Source: a virus
Lineage: Duplodnaviria; Caudoviricetes
DNA: 64,000 bases
Direction: 5' to 3' (one strand)
Virus record (IMG/VR): IMGVR_UViG_3300050034_000334
The translations under genes were made by a program, and so were the position numbers. Of this stretch, positions 18,643 to 27,664 are shown in pieces. Numbering within the stretch: position 1 is the stretch's first letter; each line of letters starts with the position of its first letter. A model generated the notes under the pieces. The model was not told the DNA's origin. It made no database searches and was given only the letters and a program-made list of their open reading frames with translations.

Positions 18643-20083
18643 TGTTGGCTTGGCTTACTCTGTAGACTATGGCCTCATGATTCATGATTCCACTTCTTCC
18701 TGGTACTGCATTGCAAGAATCATACCCAGACTGCTTTCCGTTGCCTGGTCCAGAAGGAACGTACTCTCTCCCCATGGCCACATCCACTAAGAACATATAG
18801 CAGTTTTTGTCTTTGTTTCCACCGTCCCAGTAACCATATGAATAGTTCAAACTTTTCGTGCTATTTTCACTGAAATACAATCCATTTCCGAACATCGCGC
18901 CGGTGGTGGAGATGGTGCTCAGTGCATTGGGCATGACCAAGCCACGCTTGAGGATCGACAGCACGTTGAACATACGAGTTCCGTGCCACAATTCCTTGAT
19001 GTTGCCGACCTTGTGACCGTCGGTGTCGAAAGCCTTGATCATGTGAGGGATGGTAACCTCATAGACCCGAACTGGCTTCAACACGGAGGACTGATGACCA
19101 CGAGTGCCGGTCGTGAGATACTTGTGCTTGATGCGCTCGATGAGTTTGTTGTCCGAAACCAAAGTGAGTTTGCATTCAAAGGTCGAAGGAGCAGCCACGA
19201 CTTTCTTGTCAGTGACCTTGTTGGCCGCGTTCACGGCATCCGTGATGCGCTGTTCGGCGATTTCGATCGAGGTTTCGATCTGGTCGAGCAAAGAGGTCTG
19301 CTTCGCGAGATCGATGAAATCTTTGTGCCATCCCCGCAGACGAGGAGTAGCTTGGGGAACCAAGCGGAGGTATCTGCTGAGCAGACCAGGTTCACCGGGC
19401 TTGCCACAGTAGATAGGATTTTCGGTGTCGTTCTTGCGAACGAACGGCTCCATCTGAGAGAGGATTGTACGGGCACCTTGAACTGCTTCGAGAGTCACAA
19501 CGCCCATCGCGGTGCGAACGATGCCCGTTGCCAGGTCTATGTCCATGCCGCCTTGTTCGATACCACCAGTCGCCTTGATGAGTTCGTGCCTGTTCGCTTC
19601 CGCAAGTTTCTTGACCAGTTCAGCCGTGACAGGACAGGCACCGGCGATTTCCTTGACAGCCACTCTCTTGACTTCTTCCTTGGCCATTGACGATCCGCCG
19701 TTGCCATTGGAAGGCCGATTGAAAGAGACTTTGCCCGACTCAGCTTCGCCGCCCACGATCGTGATTTCCGTGTAGCTTGGCTCAGGGAAAGGCTTGTGAG
19801 TCTTCTCGTAGACCTTGGAGAGGAAGTCCCTCTCGCTGGAAGAAACAGTCTTCTTCAGAAGTTTGAAACGGATCTCGTTATTGATGACTGTCATGTCGAG
19901 AGGGAAGGTGAGACCTGAGCGCACAAGAGGTTTGGTCTGCGTGGCCATTGGGCCACCCACTCTGCCCCACTCGTATTTGACAGTATTGTCGTCGTAGACG
20001 GTATAGGTCCAGGCCTTATTGTGATTAGCGTCAGCATTTGCCTCAACTGCGATGAACTTCCGATGCTCGATTATACCAGCCAT
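18617..20083 (-). CDS. PARP-family ADP-ribosyltransferase with N-terminal WGR domain
   Basis: EWGRVG (WGR); LWHGT, FGNGLYF, KSLNY, NHEAIVY (H-Y-E triad). Confidence 0.9.
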   Translation of the reverse strand: MAGIIEHRKFIAVEANADANHNKAWTYTVYDDNTVKYEWGRVGGPMATQTKPLVRSGLTFPLDMTVINNEIRFKLLKKTVSSSERDFLSKVYEKTHKPFPEPSYTEITIVGGEAESGKVSFNRPSNGNGGSSMAKEEVKRVAVKEIAGACPVTAELVKKLAEANRHELIKATGGIEQGGMDIDLATGIVRTAMGVVTLEAVQGARTILSQMEPFVRKNDTENPIYCGKPGEPGLLSRYLRLVPQATPRLRGWHKDFIDLAKQTSLLDQIETSIEIAEQRITDAVNAANKVTDKKVVAAPSTFECKLTLVSDNKLIERIKHKYLTTGTRGHQSSVLKPVRVYEVTIPHMIKAFDTDGHKVGNIKELWHGTRMFNVLSILKRGLVMPNALSTISTTGAMFGNGLYFSENSTKSLNYSYGYWDGGNKDKNCYMFLVDVAMGREYVPSGPGNGKQSGYDSCNAVPGRSGIMNHEAIVYRVSQANIRYLVEFS

Positions 20084-20089
20084 GCACTT

Positions 20090-20118
20090 CTCTACTGTCT
20101 TTGAGTGAAAATCGGGTA
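20090..20118 (-). promoter_or_regulatory. Phage promoter motif TACCCGA-N16-GTAGAG
   Basis: Exact motif, 6 nt before the PARP ATG. Confidence 0.7.
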
Positions 20119-20205
20119 ATCTATTTGACTTCCCAATCCATAGTGTACGTGCCAATCGCGACCCTGGCAGGTCCACTGGCCCTATGACTGAGAAGGAGTC
20201 ACAGC

Positions 20206-20940
20206 ATGATAAATGGAACAGAAAGTCCCATCTATTGCCAGAAATATCTCGATAAGATCTCTGAAATTTCCCTTGACAACAAGTACACCAAGTGGTATCT
20301 GAAATTGTGTCGGAAGGCTGCTCTCAGAGACCATCCGGCCAAAGTAGATATGCACCACATTCTTCCATTCTGTTTTGATCTAGGTGGAGAAAGTGATTCA
20401 GACAACCTGGCTCACCTTTCTCTTCGAGAACACTTCGTCTGCCATCTGCTTCTCACCAGAATGATGACAGGCACTCGTCGATACCAGATGCTAGCGGCTG
20501 CTTTCCTGATGGCCAACCGGGTCAAATCCTCACGTGCATATGAGTATCTTCGCATTCAGAGAGATATAGAACAAGGGCCTCTTCACAGTATACGACTCAA
20601 GGAAACTCACAGGAATCACCCTGAAATCCAAGTGAGGCGGAAGGTTACTCTGGCTTCAAAACCCACACTGACTTGTCCCAGATGTCACAGGAATTTCCGG
20701 TATCCAGACCATCTCCTGCCAGGTAAACACATATGCAGAATCAAGAACGAGAAGGCCGCTCGGACTCACCGAGAACTAGGATCGGGGAGTATGAACCGTC
20801 TCCGAGAAACGATGGCTGGGTACACTCAGGATCTGGAGTGCTGTCACTGCAAGAGGATTTTCAAACTTCCCTGGAGATGGCGCAAGCATGTGGGATGCGT
20901 GGGGAATTCTAGTTCGTCAAAAGATGGTACCAAATCCTAA
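20206..20940 (+). CDS. HNH (MobE-like) homing endonuclease
   Basis: KYTKWY...MHHILP...NLAHLSLREHFVCHLLLTRM. Confidence 0.85.
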   Translation: MINGTESPIYCQKYLDKISEISLDNKYTKWYLKLCRKAALRDHPAKVDMHHILPFCFDLGGESDSDNLAHLSLREHFVCHLLLTRMMTGTRRYQMLAAAFLMANRVKSSRAYEYLRIQRDIEQGPLHSIRLKETHRNHPEIQVRRKVTLASKPTLTCPRCHRNFRYPDHLLPGKHICRIKNEKAARTHRELGSGSMNRLRETMAGYTQDLECCHCKRIFKLPWRWRKHVGCVGNSSSSKDGTKS

Positions 20941-20945
20941 GTCAA

Positions 20946-21812
20946 TCAAAATGTCTTCCGGAATGAACTTGTTGCCACCGTCAGCATCGGATGAGCCGCC
21001 AGTTCGTCCTTGCCAATCATTTGGATAGTTGGTGCCAGTGAACTTTTCATCAGTGTTGGAGAACCTCTCCGGAACAACTGATAGCTCGACAATTCAGTCC
21101 CCAACTTGTGGCCGGACGTCGTGCGATGATGAGTGACATCCGTGAGATGCCAGTCAGGACCGATGAACTGCTTGTACCATTCACCCACCGCTTGGAAGTA
21201 CTCCGGGAGGTTGGTGATCGTCTGTCCCAGCATCTTGGAGTAGACCTCATACGACTTCTTGCCATACTGCAGGAAGTGAACTCCACAGTCGTTCAGCAGC
21301 AGGAACTTCTGGGCTGAATTAAACGATTCGACAGTAGTATCCCGGTATTCTCCCTTCCAGAACTTTGTGGGAGTGTACTCGTTGTAGTCGAGGAAGATGA
21401 AGTCTGGCTTGACACTGAGGAGCTTCGCCCGTTCCTTCTTGTCGAAGAAGTTCAGACGCGAGATGAAAGCCTGAGGGAAGTTCGCCAGCAGTAGCTCGAG
21501 GCAGCCCATGTCGATGTCGTTCAGATAGACCTGGGTCGGATCCTGTTCGAAGAGCTTCGCGTCGATCCCTGCGCCGCCCAAAGGCTCCATGTAGGACTTG
21601 TACTGTCCATCGACCTTCTGTTGGAGAACGTACGAACACAGCTTCCGGATGGACATGCTGCCACTGGCGAAACCGAAGTCACCGGGCTGATTCTTCTTGA
21701 GAAACTCTGCGAGCCATGATGTAGAATCGCTCAGATGTTCAAACTGAGATCCAAACTGAAGAAGATGTGGAGGCACTACTATGGATTTTCCGTTGCATAG
21801 ATCAAATCTCAT
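20946..21812 (-). CDS. SAM-dependent methyltransferase-like protein (Dam-like motif order, atypical catalytic motif)
   Basis: YMEPLGGAGI motif I, YLNDID, IFLDYNEY in place of DPPY. Confidence 0.6.
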   Translation of the reverse strand: MRFDLCNGKSIVVPPHLLQFGSQFEHLSDSTSWLAEFLKKNQPGDFGFASGSMSIRKLCSYVLQQKVDGQYKSYMEPLGGAGIDAKLFEQDPTQVYLNDIDMGCLELLLANFPQAFISRLNFFDKKERAKLLSVKPDFIFLDYNEYTPTKFWKGEYRDTTVESFNSAQKFLLLNDCGVHFLQYGKKSYEVYSKMLGQTITNLPEYFQAVGEWYKQFIGPDWHLTDVTHHRTTSGHKLGTELSSYQLFRRGSPTLMKSSLAPTIQMIGKDELAAHPMLTVATSSFRKTF

Positions 21813-22365
21813 CTTGCTCCTCGTGTAACCCATCCCACAATCTCTGATACTCTTCACGAACTTCTTCAGCCAAAAGAAAATCTCGTGGACAGTTGTTAGC
21901 TTTCATCAATTCCACTACGTCAGCTACATCTTTCTGACGAGTATTTGGATTACCCAAGTAACTGGATAGTTTGATTTCAATAATCTGTTGAAGACTTGCA
22001 ATGATTGGTCTCTTGGATACTTGCGTTGGCATAGGAAGTTTCAGCGGTCCACGTCCAACCGATCCTCCTCCAGGAAGTAGATCGACTTCCACTTTAGACG
22101 CACGATCAGTAACAGTCATACTTGAACCTGGATTTGCTCGAAAGCCACTGATGGACAACTTGTCTTTTGCCTCTTGTACGCTGGGAACCACCAAGTCAAC
22201 ATCGATAGTAAATCGTGGATATCCATTTTCCTGAACAGCGTACCCACCAACAACCAAAGAAGGAATTCCTGCATCTGCAAGAATGGCCACAGCACTTCTC
22301 ATTGTTTTTTCAATGTCGGTGGAGTTAGAAACCTTGCGCAGCAGCTTTGCTTTCAGGTTAGACAT
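21802..22365 (-). CDS. Pol-beta-superfamily nucleotidyltransferase (AbiEii/DUF6036-like)
   Basis: VVGGYAV...PRFTIDVDLVV, VEVDLL, K...R.KD..D. Confidence 0.8.
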   Translation of the reverse strand: MSNLKAKLLRKVSNSTDIEKTMRSAVAILADAGIPSLVVGGYAVQENGYPRFTIDVDLVVPSVQEAKDKLSISGFRANPGSSMTVTDRASKVEVDLLPGGGSVGRGPLKLPMPTQVSKRPIIASLQQIIEIKLSSYLGNPNTRQKDVADVVELMKANNCPRDFLLAEEVREEYQRLWDGLHEEQDEI

Positions 22366-22742
22366 CAGATTTTCTCCGCTATCACAATGCAGTTTTCCTT
22401 CGGGTTAGGCCCAACGATCCAAGCACCGGATTTACTTCTGGCCTCAATACCTTCTTCCGGCTTGGAGAATCCAAACCATCCAGCGATGATCGTAGCTGCG
22501 ATCATGTTAGGGAACCGACCAGTGATTGGAATGGAGATCGAGAGATGACGATAGTTCTGTCCATGTGATACTGTAAAGCTGAACACGCAGTGATAGGTGT
22601 CTAGAAAGCAGCAGTGGCCGGGGATGTCGCCAGGAGAGACTGCGTTGGGAGCATCGAGGATATAAGGGTGAGACATCGCATAGGCTATAACAATGTCGAC
22701 TTTGTCTTTGTTCTCGTCACTGAGAGTGAGAAATCTTGCCAT
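22365..22742 (-). CDS. Hypothetical protein
   Basis: Overlap-coupled to the nucleotidyltransferase. Confidence 0.7.
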   Translation of the reverse strand: MARFLTLSDENKDKVDIVIAYAMSHPYILDAPNAVSPGDIPGHCCFLDTYHCVFSFTVSHGQNYRHLSISIPITGRFPNMIAATIIAGWFGFSKPEEGIEARSKSGAWIVGPNPKENCIVIAEKI

Positions 22743-22762
22743 TGGAACCTTCTAACACGAAA

Positions 22763-22786
22763 TCCGGAGACCTTTCGATCTCCGGA
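22763..22786 (-). terminator. Probable intrinsic terminator
   Basis: 8-bp stem tccggaga/tctccgga followed by tttcgtgtt on the minus strand. Confidence 0.55.
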
Positions 22787-22822
22787 CTCGGGAATTGTCG
22801 AGGGCCATAGCCCACAGACGTC

Positions 22823-23572
22823 CTAGACGAACAGCTTGGCGATGTGCGAGAACTGCGAGAACGTGACTGCCTGGATGGGGCTGTCGATGTTCAGGCCGAT
22901 GCTCTGAGTGATGGCGCGAATCTCCTGCGACTTGACACCGAGAATATCGTCGCCGGCAATGAACGGTCCGAAGGTCCACTTGATACCAACGGTCGTGCGG
23001 AAGCCGGGAAGTCCAATGCACTCACAGTTGATGCCGGCCTCGCGAACCACGGTTGCGATACCCAGCAACCCAACGCGCGAAGGGACATTGACGATGACCT
23101 GTGCGCCCACGCGAACGGCTGCCAGCTTGGAGCGCATGCGAAGAAGGCCATTGACAAGGGCGTCGTCGGTTTCGGTCGAGATCACTCCCAGATGAGCCAG
23201 CTTGAAGGAGCGAAGCTCGTTGGCCATGTCCTGGCGAGCCTGAAGATAGGAAGGTGCCGTGGGATCCGGATCGACAGTGGTGTCATCGTCGTCCTGATCG
23301 ATGTAATCGGGATCGTCGCTATCAGTCTGAGATAGAAAGGAGGGAACAGGATCCACGCCATTGGAAGCGGAATGAATCTCGGTGTCAACCACGTTGCCGC
23401 TGAAGAAGGCGAGCAGGTTCCGGCGAGCACAGGCAAGTGCCAGCTTCTTGTTGTCAGCCATACGCTGTGCAAATCTGATGGGAAGTCCGGTGGAGAGGGT
23501 CTCTTCCAGACGATAGGCGGCGAGGTTTGCCCAGTAGAAACCAGGCGTGATGTTCTGCTCATTGGCAGTCAT
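22823..23572 (-). CDS. Hypothetical protein with acidic linker
   Basis: AAGGAG RBS before ATG 23572. Confidence 0.75.
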   Translation of the reverse strand: MTANEQNITPGFYWANLAAYRLEETLSTGLPIRFAQRMADNKKLALACARRNLLAFFSGNVVDTEIHSASNGVDPVPSFLSQTDSDDPDYIDQDDDDTTVDPDPTAPSYLQARQDMANELRSFKLAHLGVISTETDDALVNGLLRMRSKLAAVRVGAQVIVNVPSRVGLLGIATVVREAGINCECIGLPGFRTTVGIKWTFGPFIAGDDILGVKSQEIRAITQSIGLNIDSPIQAVTFSQFSHIAKLFV

Positions 23573-23713
23573 GGGTGCTCCTTGGTGTTGCTCTTCAGTG
23601 TTCGAATACCATGACCGAAGATTCATCCCTTCGATTCTGCATCCGAAGACCGTCGTAGTTTCGCTTATCCAGCGAACTCATGATACTACACTTTCCTCTG
23701 TTTCAGCGCGAAA

Positions 23714-24049
23714 TTATTTTGCCCACATCCAATTCCAGATGTATTCGACCTTGTCCTGGTGTGTGACGAACCAGTATACGAAAACCAGGAGGAATGTGGT
23801 CTCGCACAGTACACCGAAAACGAACAAGAGGGCGCGAAGGGTGCGAAGAACATTGAGCATGTTGTCCAATCTCAGTGGCAAAGAGGCTGCTGCTTGGCAC
23901 TTGGGACAGACCAGAGAAGAATCCTTGGTCCAGTTTGGACCATTCCGGTCTATCTCGCCGTGAATGGGACAGATTCCCTTCCACCAGCAGTAGATCTCAC
24001 GCTTCGTTTCACTTATCCAGTGAACTGTTTGTTGCCAGAATTTATTCAT
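23714..24049 (-). CDS. Hypothetical membrane protein (CxxH/CxxC plus C-terminal TM)
   Basis: Hydrophobic stretch ALLFVFGVLCETTFLLVFVYWFV. Confidence 0.65.
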   Translation of the reverse strand: MNKFWQQTVHWISETKREIYCWWKGICPIHGEIDRNGPNWTKDSSLVCPKCQAAASLPLRLDNMLNVLRTLRALLFVFGVLCETTFLLVFVYWFVTHQDKVEYIWNWMWAK

Positions 24050-24082
24050 CGATTCCCTCTACCACCGGGTGGAGAGAAACGG

Positions 24083-24748
24083 TTACTGGGCAACCACTTC
24101 GAAGCGAACCGACTTGATCCACTTCTCGGCTTCGGCCTTCGGAACGATCCACTTGCCTTTGCGCTTCTCACCGACAAGCTGACTCGATCGGAGAGCCTTC
24201 ATCACAAGAGTTTCGGTGCTACCGGCCAATTTGGCTACTGTACTAGCACTCCAAAATCCTCTTGGAGCAGGATTGGAACCTTGACGACGCTTCTTGCGAG
24301 GAGCAGGCACTGGGAGATCTTCGATGTTAGGGAGTCCAGGAGCTTCGACCCTGGGGATGACAATCTCCTCTTCGTCGTCCAGGGCGAAGTTGAAGATCTT
24401 CTTCTGCTTGAAGTATTGAGTTTGGACGATGTCGAAGTAGTTCAACAGGGAGAGTGTCACATCCTTGGACTTGTCGCGACACCACTCGATCAGATTGAGG
24501 AGATACCAGTCAGGTAGATCTCTCCTCTTGAACTCGTTCATCAAAGTCCGGATGCCCTCGGGATTGATGTCATGTGAATTGCGGCGCTCGCCGCGCTCCG
24601 TGGTCACCTTGCCTTTGGTGATTGGCCAAAACTCCTCGCACCAGGAGACCGCAGTATCGAACACCTCTTGTGGATCAACGCATGTGTTAATGGAGCGTTC
24701 GATGAATGGAACCAGTTTGGGATCATTAAAGGGTCGCATCATACCCAC
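24083..24748 (-). CDS. Protein with C-terminal excisionase/MerR-like HTH
   Basis: WSASTVAKLAG...ALRSSQLVGEKRKGKWIVPKAEAEKWI. Confidence 0.65.
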   Translation of the reverse strand: MGMMRPFNDPKLVPFIERSINTCVDPQEVFDTAVSWCEEFWPITKGKVTTERGERRNSHDINPEGIRTLMNEFKRRDLPDWYLLNLIEWCRDKSKDVTLSLLNYFDIVQTQYFKQKKIFNFALDDEEEIVIPRVEAPGLPNIEDLPVPAPRKKRRQGSNPAPRGFWSASTVAKLAGSTETLVMKALRSSQLVGEKRKGKWIVPKAEAEKWIKSVRFEVVAQ

Positions 24749-24799
24749 TCAATACTGGGGAATTCAGGACTACCAAAATCAGAACAAAGGATGGATGTC

Positions 24800-25225
24800 A
24801 TGAAGATCTGGATTTGTTTGTTCTTGGTTTGTGCTCCATTGTTGCTTGGTCAAACAGCTAAAAAGACGACTCAGTATGTCAAGACCAAAAGTGTTCAAGC
24901 AAGCACTGGATGCGCCTTAGTCGATAGGACACAGTGCTCTCTCAATGCCATGTTGACGTCTGTCAGATCACTCAATACCGTGGAAACCATGAGAGTCTAC
25001 CAGCAAGGAGGACACGATCTGCTTCTTCCTGACTGGCTGGCTGAAAACCAGACGAGACTGTCCTTTTACAACACAGGATGTCTGTACGGAGATAGACTGG
25101 TTACCGGATGGCTGATCAGACGAGGACATCCTCGCTGGGCGAAGGCGGTCACCATCATAGACATGGGAGTGGTCATTCCATTTACAGCACGAAATATGAA
25201 GGTAGATTTTCAGTCTACGAAGTAG
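24800..25225 (+). CDS. Putative exported/membrane protein
   Basis: Signal-peptide-like MKIWICLFLVCAPLLLG. Confidence 0.6.
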   Translation: MKIWICLFLVCAPLLLGQTAKKTTQYVKTKSVQASTGCALVDRTQCSLNAMLTSVRSLNTVETMRVYQQGGHDLLLPDWLAENQTRLSFYNTGCLYGDRLVTGWLIRRGHPRWAKAVTIIDMGVVIPFTARNMKVDFQSTK

Positions 25226-25226
25226 T

Positions 25227-25303
25227 TGGAGGACGGAGAGAGAATCGAACTCTCGCATTATGGGATTTGCAGTCCCACGCCTTACCGTCTTGGCTATCCG
25301 TCC
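25227..25303 (-). tRNA. tRNA-Cys(GCA)
   Basis: Cloverleaf, loop CTGCAAA, GTTCGATT, encoded CCA. Confidence 0.93.
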
Positions 25304-25310
25304 TCAATTT

Positions 25311-25385
25311 TGGCACCGCCGAAGGGATTCGAACCCCTACACCTGGCTCCAAAGGCCAGAGTCCTGCCATTAAACGACGGCGGTG
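25311..25385 (-). tRNA. tRNA-Gln(TTG)
   Basis: Cloverleaf, loop CTTTGGA, GTTCGAAT, encoded CCA. Confidence 0.93.
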
Positions 25386-25395
25386 TATTTCTAAC

Positions 25396-25605
25396 TCATA
25401 CTGATACAAAATGACACGAGTTGTGCCACTCTCTTGACATGAACGAACCCTTGGGCCGGTCAGGATTCTCAACCAGCAGACTGACCCCTCCACTATCTTC
25501 GTTGTGAGTGTCTCGAACGACGTAAAATTCGGGTGCAGGCCGCCAGTACACAAGATCCTTCGCGGCCTCCTTCATCCGAACTTTGTCGCCCTTCTTGTAT
25601 TCCAT
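25396..25605 (-). CDS. Hypothetical protein inside the tRNA array
   Basis: 69 aa, directly after the endonuclease stop. Confidence 0.6.
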   Translation of the reverse strand: MEYKKGDKVRMKEAAKDLVYWRPAPEFYVVRDTHNEDSGGVSLLVENPDRPKGSFMSREWHNSCHFVSV

Positions 25606-25606
25606 C

Positions 25607-26524
25607 TCACACCTTCATAAATTTCTTGTCTCTCAATTCTTGCATGCTCAATTTCTTCCTAGAAAGTCCGAATTTCTTGGCCCATTCATGAACTGTCATA
25701 GCACTGACGCCGTAGATATTTCCAATTTGGCGATAACCAGTGTGTTCTAAGTGAGTTCTAAGTTCTTCAACCGGCGGAATTTTCTTCATTAGACCACAAG
25801 CTGAACTGCAGTGAACTACTGTTTTGTCCCTAGTCACGAATTCTTTCTCGCACTTAGGACAAACTCGGACAAATTCAGAAATTGCACCTCTCCCTGGCAA
25901 CCAGCCTAGACGAATTCTCTCTTTAGCCTCACTCTCTGGCACCGAAATAACCTCTGAATTTTTGTACATCCACATATTTCCAAAAGAGTGATTATTTTCT
26001 CCCATTGCGAGCCTAGACATCTCTTTTCTACATTCAAGAGTATGATGCTTACCTCTACGAGATTCTGCCAATCTCCTACAAGCAGCTAGAAGTTTTGGAG
26101 TAACCCGCTTGGGAAGGACTCTAATCCTGTTCCACTTCTCCATAAATTCTCTAGCAAATTCAGGATCTCGTCGCCTTCTTTCTTGAACCTTCTGAGAGCC
26201 CAGTCTTCCCCAGGATACTCTGTCAAATTTGAAGTGAGTGTTGACGTAGTCAAACCCACCAGATCCCCCTTTTCTCAGATTCATACAAAGAGGATCTTTC
26301 CGATGAAGTTCTACTACCTCATCTTCTTTCTTCCAGGCTTCCTCCTGAGTTTCAAACTCGAAGAGAATTTCTTTCTTAAAACTTGCTGGACCATACTTTG
26401 CAACGGCTCGTATGATGTAAGTACCAGAACCAAGATACTCATCATTTGGGTTATCAGTCTTATGAACACCCAAGTAGAACTTGCCGTTGACCAAATTCAC
26501 TGTTTTGTATACAGTGTATATCAT
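25607..26524 (-). CDS. GIY-YIG homing endonuclease inside the tRNA array
   Basis: MIYTVYKTVNLVNGKFYLGVHKT...YLGSG; GGAGG RBS. Confidence 0.88.
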   Translation of the reverse strand: MIYTVYKTVNLVNGKFYLGVHKTDNPNDEYLGSGTYIIRAVAKYGPASFKKEILFEFETQEEAWKKEDEVVELHRKDPLCMNLRKGGSGGFDYVNTHFKFDRVSWGRLGSQKVQERRRRDPEFAREFMEKWNRIRVLPKRVTPKLLAACRRLAESRRGKHHTLECRKEMSRLAMGENNHSFGNMWMYKNSEVISVPESEAKERIRLGWLPGRGAISEFVRVCPKCEKEFVTRDKTVVHCSSACGLMKKIPPVEELRTHLEHTGYRQIGNIYGVSAMTVHEWAKKFGLSRKKLSMQELRDKKFMKV

Positions 26525-26568
26525 GAACCCTCCTGTACCCTCTACTTGGATACTGGAAGTCACGAAAG

Positions 26569-26641
<73 letters not shown>

Positions 26642-26656
26642 ACTACTTCTAAACTC

Positions 26657-26738
26657 TGGAGCCTTGGGAGGGACTCGAACCCCCGTTGTGTTATAGCAGA
26701 TTACAGATCTGCTGCTGTCGCCGCTGAGCCACCAAGGC
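26657..26738 (-). tRNA. Atypical tRNA, most likely Thr(TGT); Tyr(GTA) register possible
   Basis: Stem gcaga/tctgc, loop TCTGTAA, 11-nt variable region, G1-C72, C2-G71, U73, CCA. Confidence 0.75.
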
Positions 26739-27311
26739 TAGTCTCGTGACTTGAATCCTTTGTTGCATAGGACTCTTATCAGATGTTAACTTACAGTCTC
26801 CATTTACTGCATTTCTTCCTCTTCCCCAGTTTAGTGCTTTGTACGTTGGAGTGATCGCATGACAACATGGACAGAGCAATAACACGTTATCCGGAGAGTT
26901 ATCCTTCCAATCTCCATTCTCGTGTTCTAGTTCAATAGGTGCAATTCCAGTTACCAGATTGACTTCACACCATCCACAACGCTGACATTTATTTCCAAAC
27001 AAGTGAATGAGAGCTCGCTTAGTCCTTCCGTGAGTTTCTTCCTTTGGAGATAGCGTTCTTTCCAGCCAACGCTTAATCCAAATTGAAAGTTCGTAGCTGC
27101 TCTTACATTTGTTAGAGCAGTAAGTATTAGCAGATTTGATACCAGTTCCACAACCAGGACAAAACTTTACGACCTTTTCTGGTTTCTTCTTCACCAACCC
27201 CAGTTTGGTCAGATGATATCGGACATTGGTTTGACTTGCACCTAGTTGTTCCGCTATCTTCCAACTGCTAAATCCTGCTGTCCACAACCGAGTTAGCTCA
27301 ACTATATCCAT
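26691..27311 (-). CDS. HNH homing endonuclease inside the tRNA array (3' end runs into the next tRNA)
   Basis: CQRCG...LEHENGDWKDNSPDNVLLLCPCCH. Confidence 0.85.
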   Translation of the reverse strand: MDIVELTRLWTAGFSSWKIAEQLGASQTNVRYHLTKLGLVKKKPEKVVKFCPGCGTGIKSANTYCSNKCKSSYELSIWIKRWLERTLSPKEETHGRTKRALIHLFGNKCQRCGWCEVNLVTGIAPIELEHENGDWKDNSPDNVLLLCPCCHAITPTYKALNWGRGRNAVNGDCKLTSDKSPMQQRIQVTRLALVAQRRQQQICNLL

Positions 27312-27346
27312 ACCCAGATTCCTAAAGTCGGAAAACAGGTGAGCTA

Positions 27347-27423
27347 TGGAGCACCCCATCGGATTCGAACCGATGTCCACTGAGTACGAAACAGTGATCC
27401 TAAACCAACTAGACGAGAGGTGC
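27347..27423 (-). tRNA. tRNA-Thr(CGT)
   Basis: Cloverleaf, loop TTCGTAC with a U31-U39 mismatch, CCA. Confidence 0.82.
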
Positions 27424-27437
27424 ATACTACGAAACTT

Positions 27438-27513
27438 TGGTGGACGAGAATGGTCTTGAACCATCCACCTTTCCCTTATCAGGGGAATGCTCTACCACAT
27501 GAGCTACTCGTCC
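27438..27513 (-). tRNA. tRNA-Ile(GAT)
   Basis: Cloverleaf, loop CTGATAA, CCA. Confidence 0.93.
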
Positions 27514-27525
27514 ATTTTGACTCCC

Positions 27526-27557
27526 AAAACACGAATGCCGCCCTTATTCTGGCGGCA
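27526..27557 (-). terminator. Attenuator terminator hairpin upstream of the tRNA array
   Basis: tgccgcc-8nt-ggcggca followed by ttcgtgtttt; its 5' arm can instead pair with leader segment 27599-27607. Confidence 0.7.
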
Positions 27558-27582
27558 GATCATACGAGATTTTGTTGTTCTC

Positions 27583-27657
27583 TTACTCTCGCAGACTCCC
27601 ACCGCCACCCGTTTGGGTGCATGTAATGGTGATGCTAGTTTGCAACGTCTGCTTCAT
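27583..27657 (-). CDS. Thr/Ile/Gln/Cys-rich leader peptide MKQTLQTSITITCTQTGGGGSLRE
   Basis: Hand translation; thrL-like composition; ATG 7 nt after the promoter -10-like box. Confidence 0.75.
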   Translation of the reverse strand: MKQTLQTSITITCTQTGGGGSLRE

Positions 27658-27664
27658 GATTTGA

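Noticed and set aside
23650-23690. Hammerhead ribozyme-like core (ATGAG...CGAAAC...GTC)
   Set aside because: CUGAUGA core is not intact and stem II does not form in the required register
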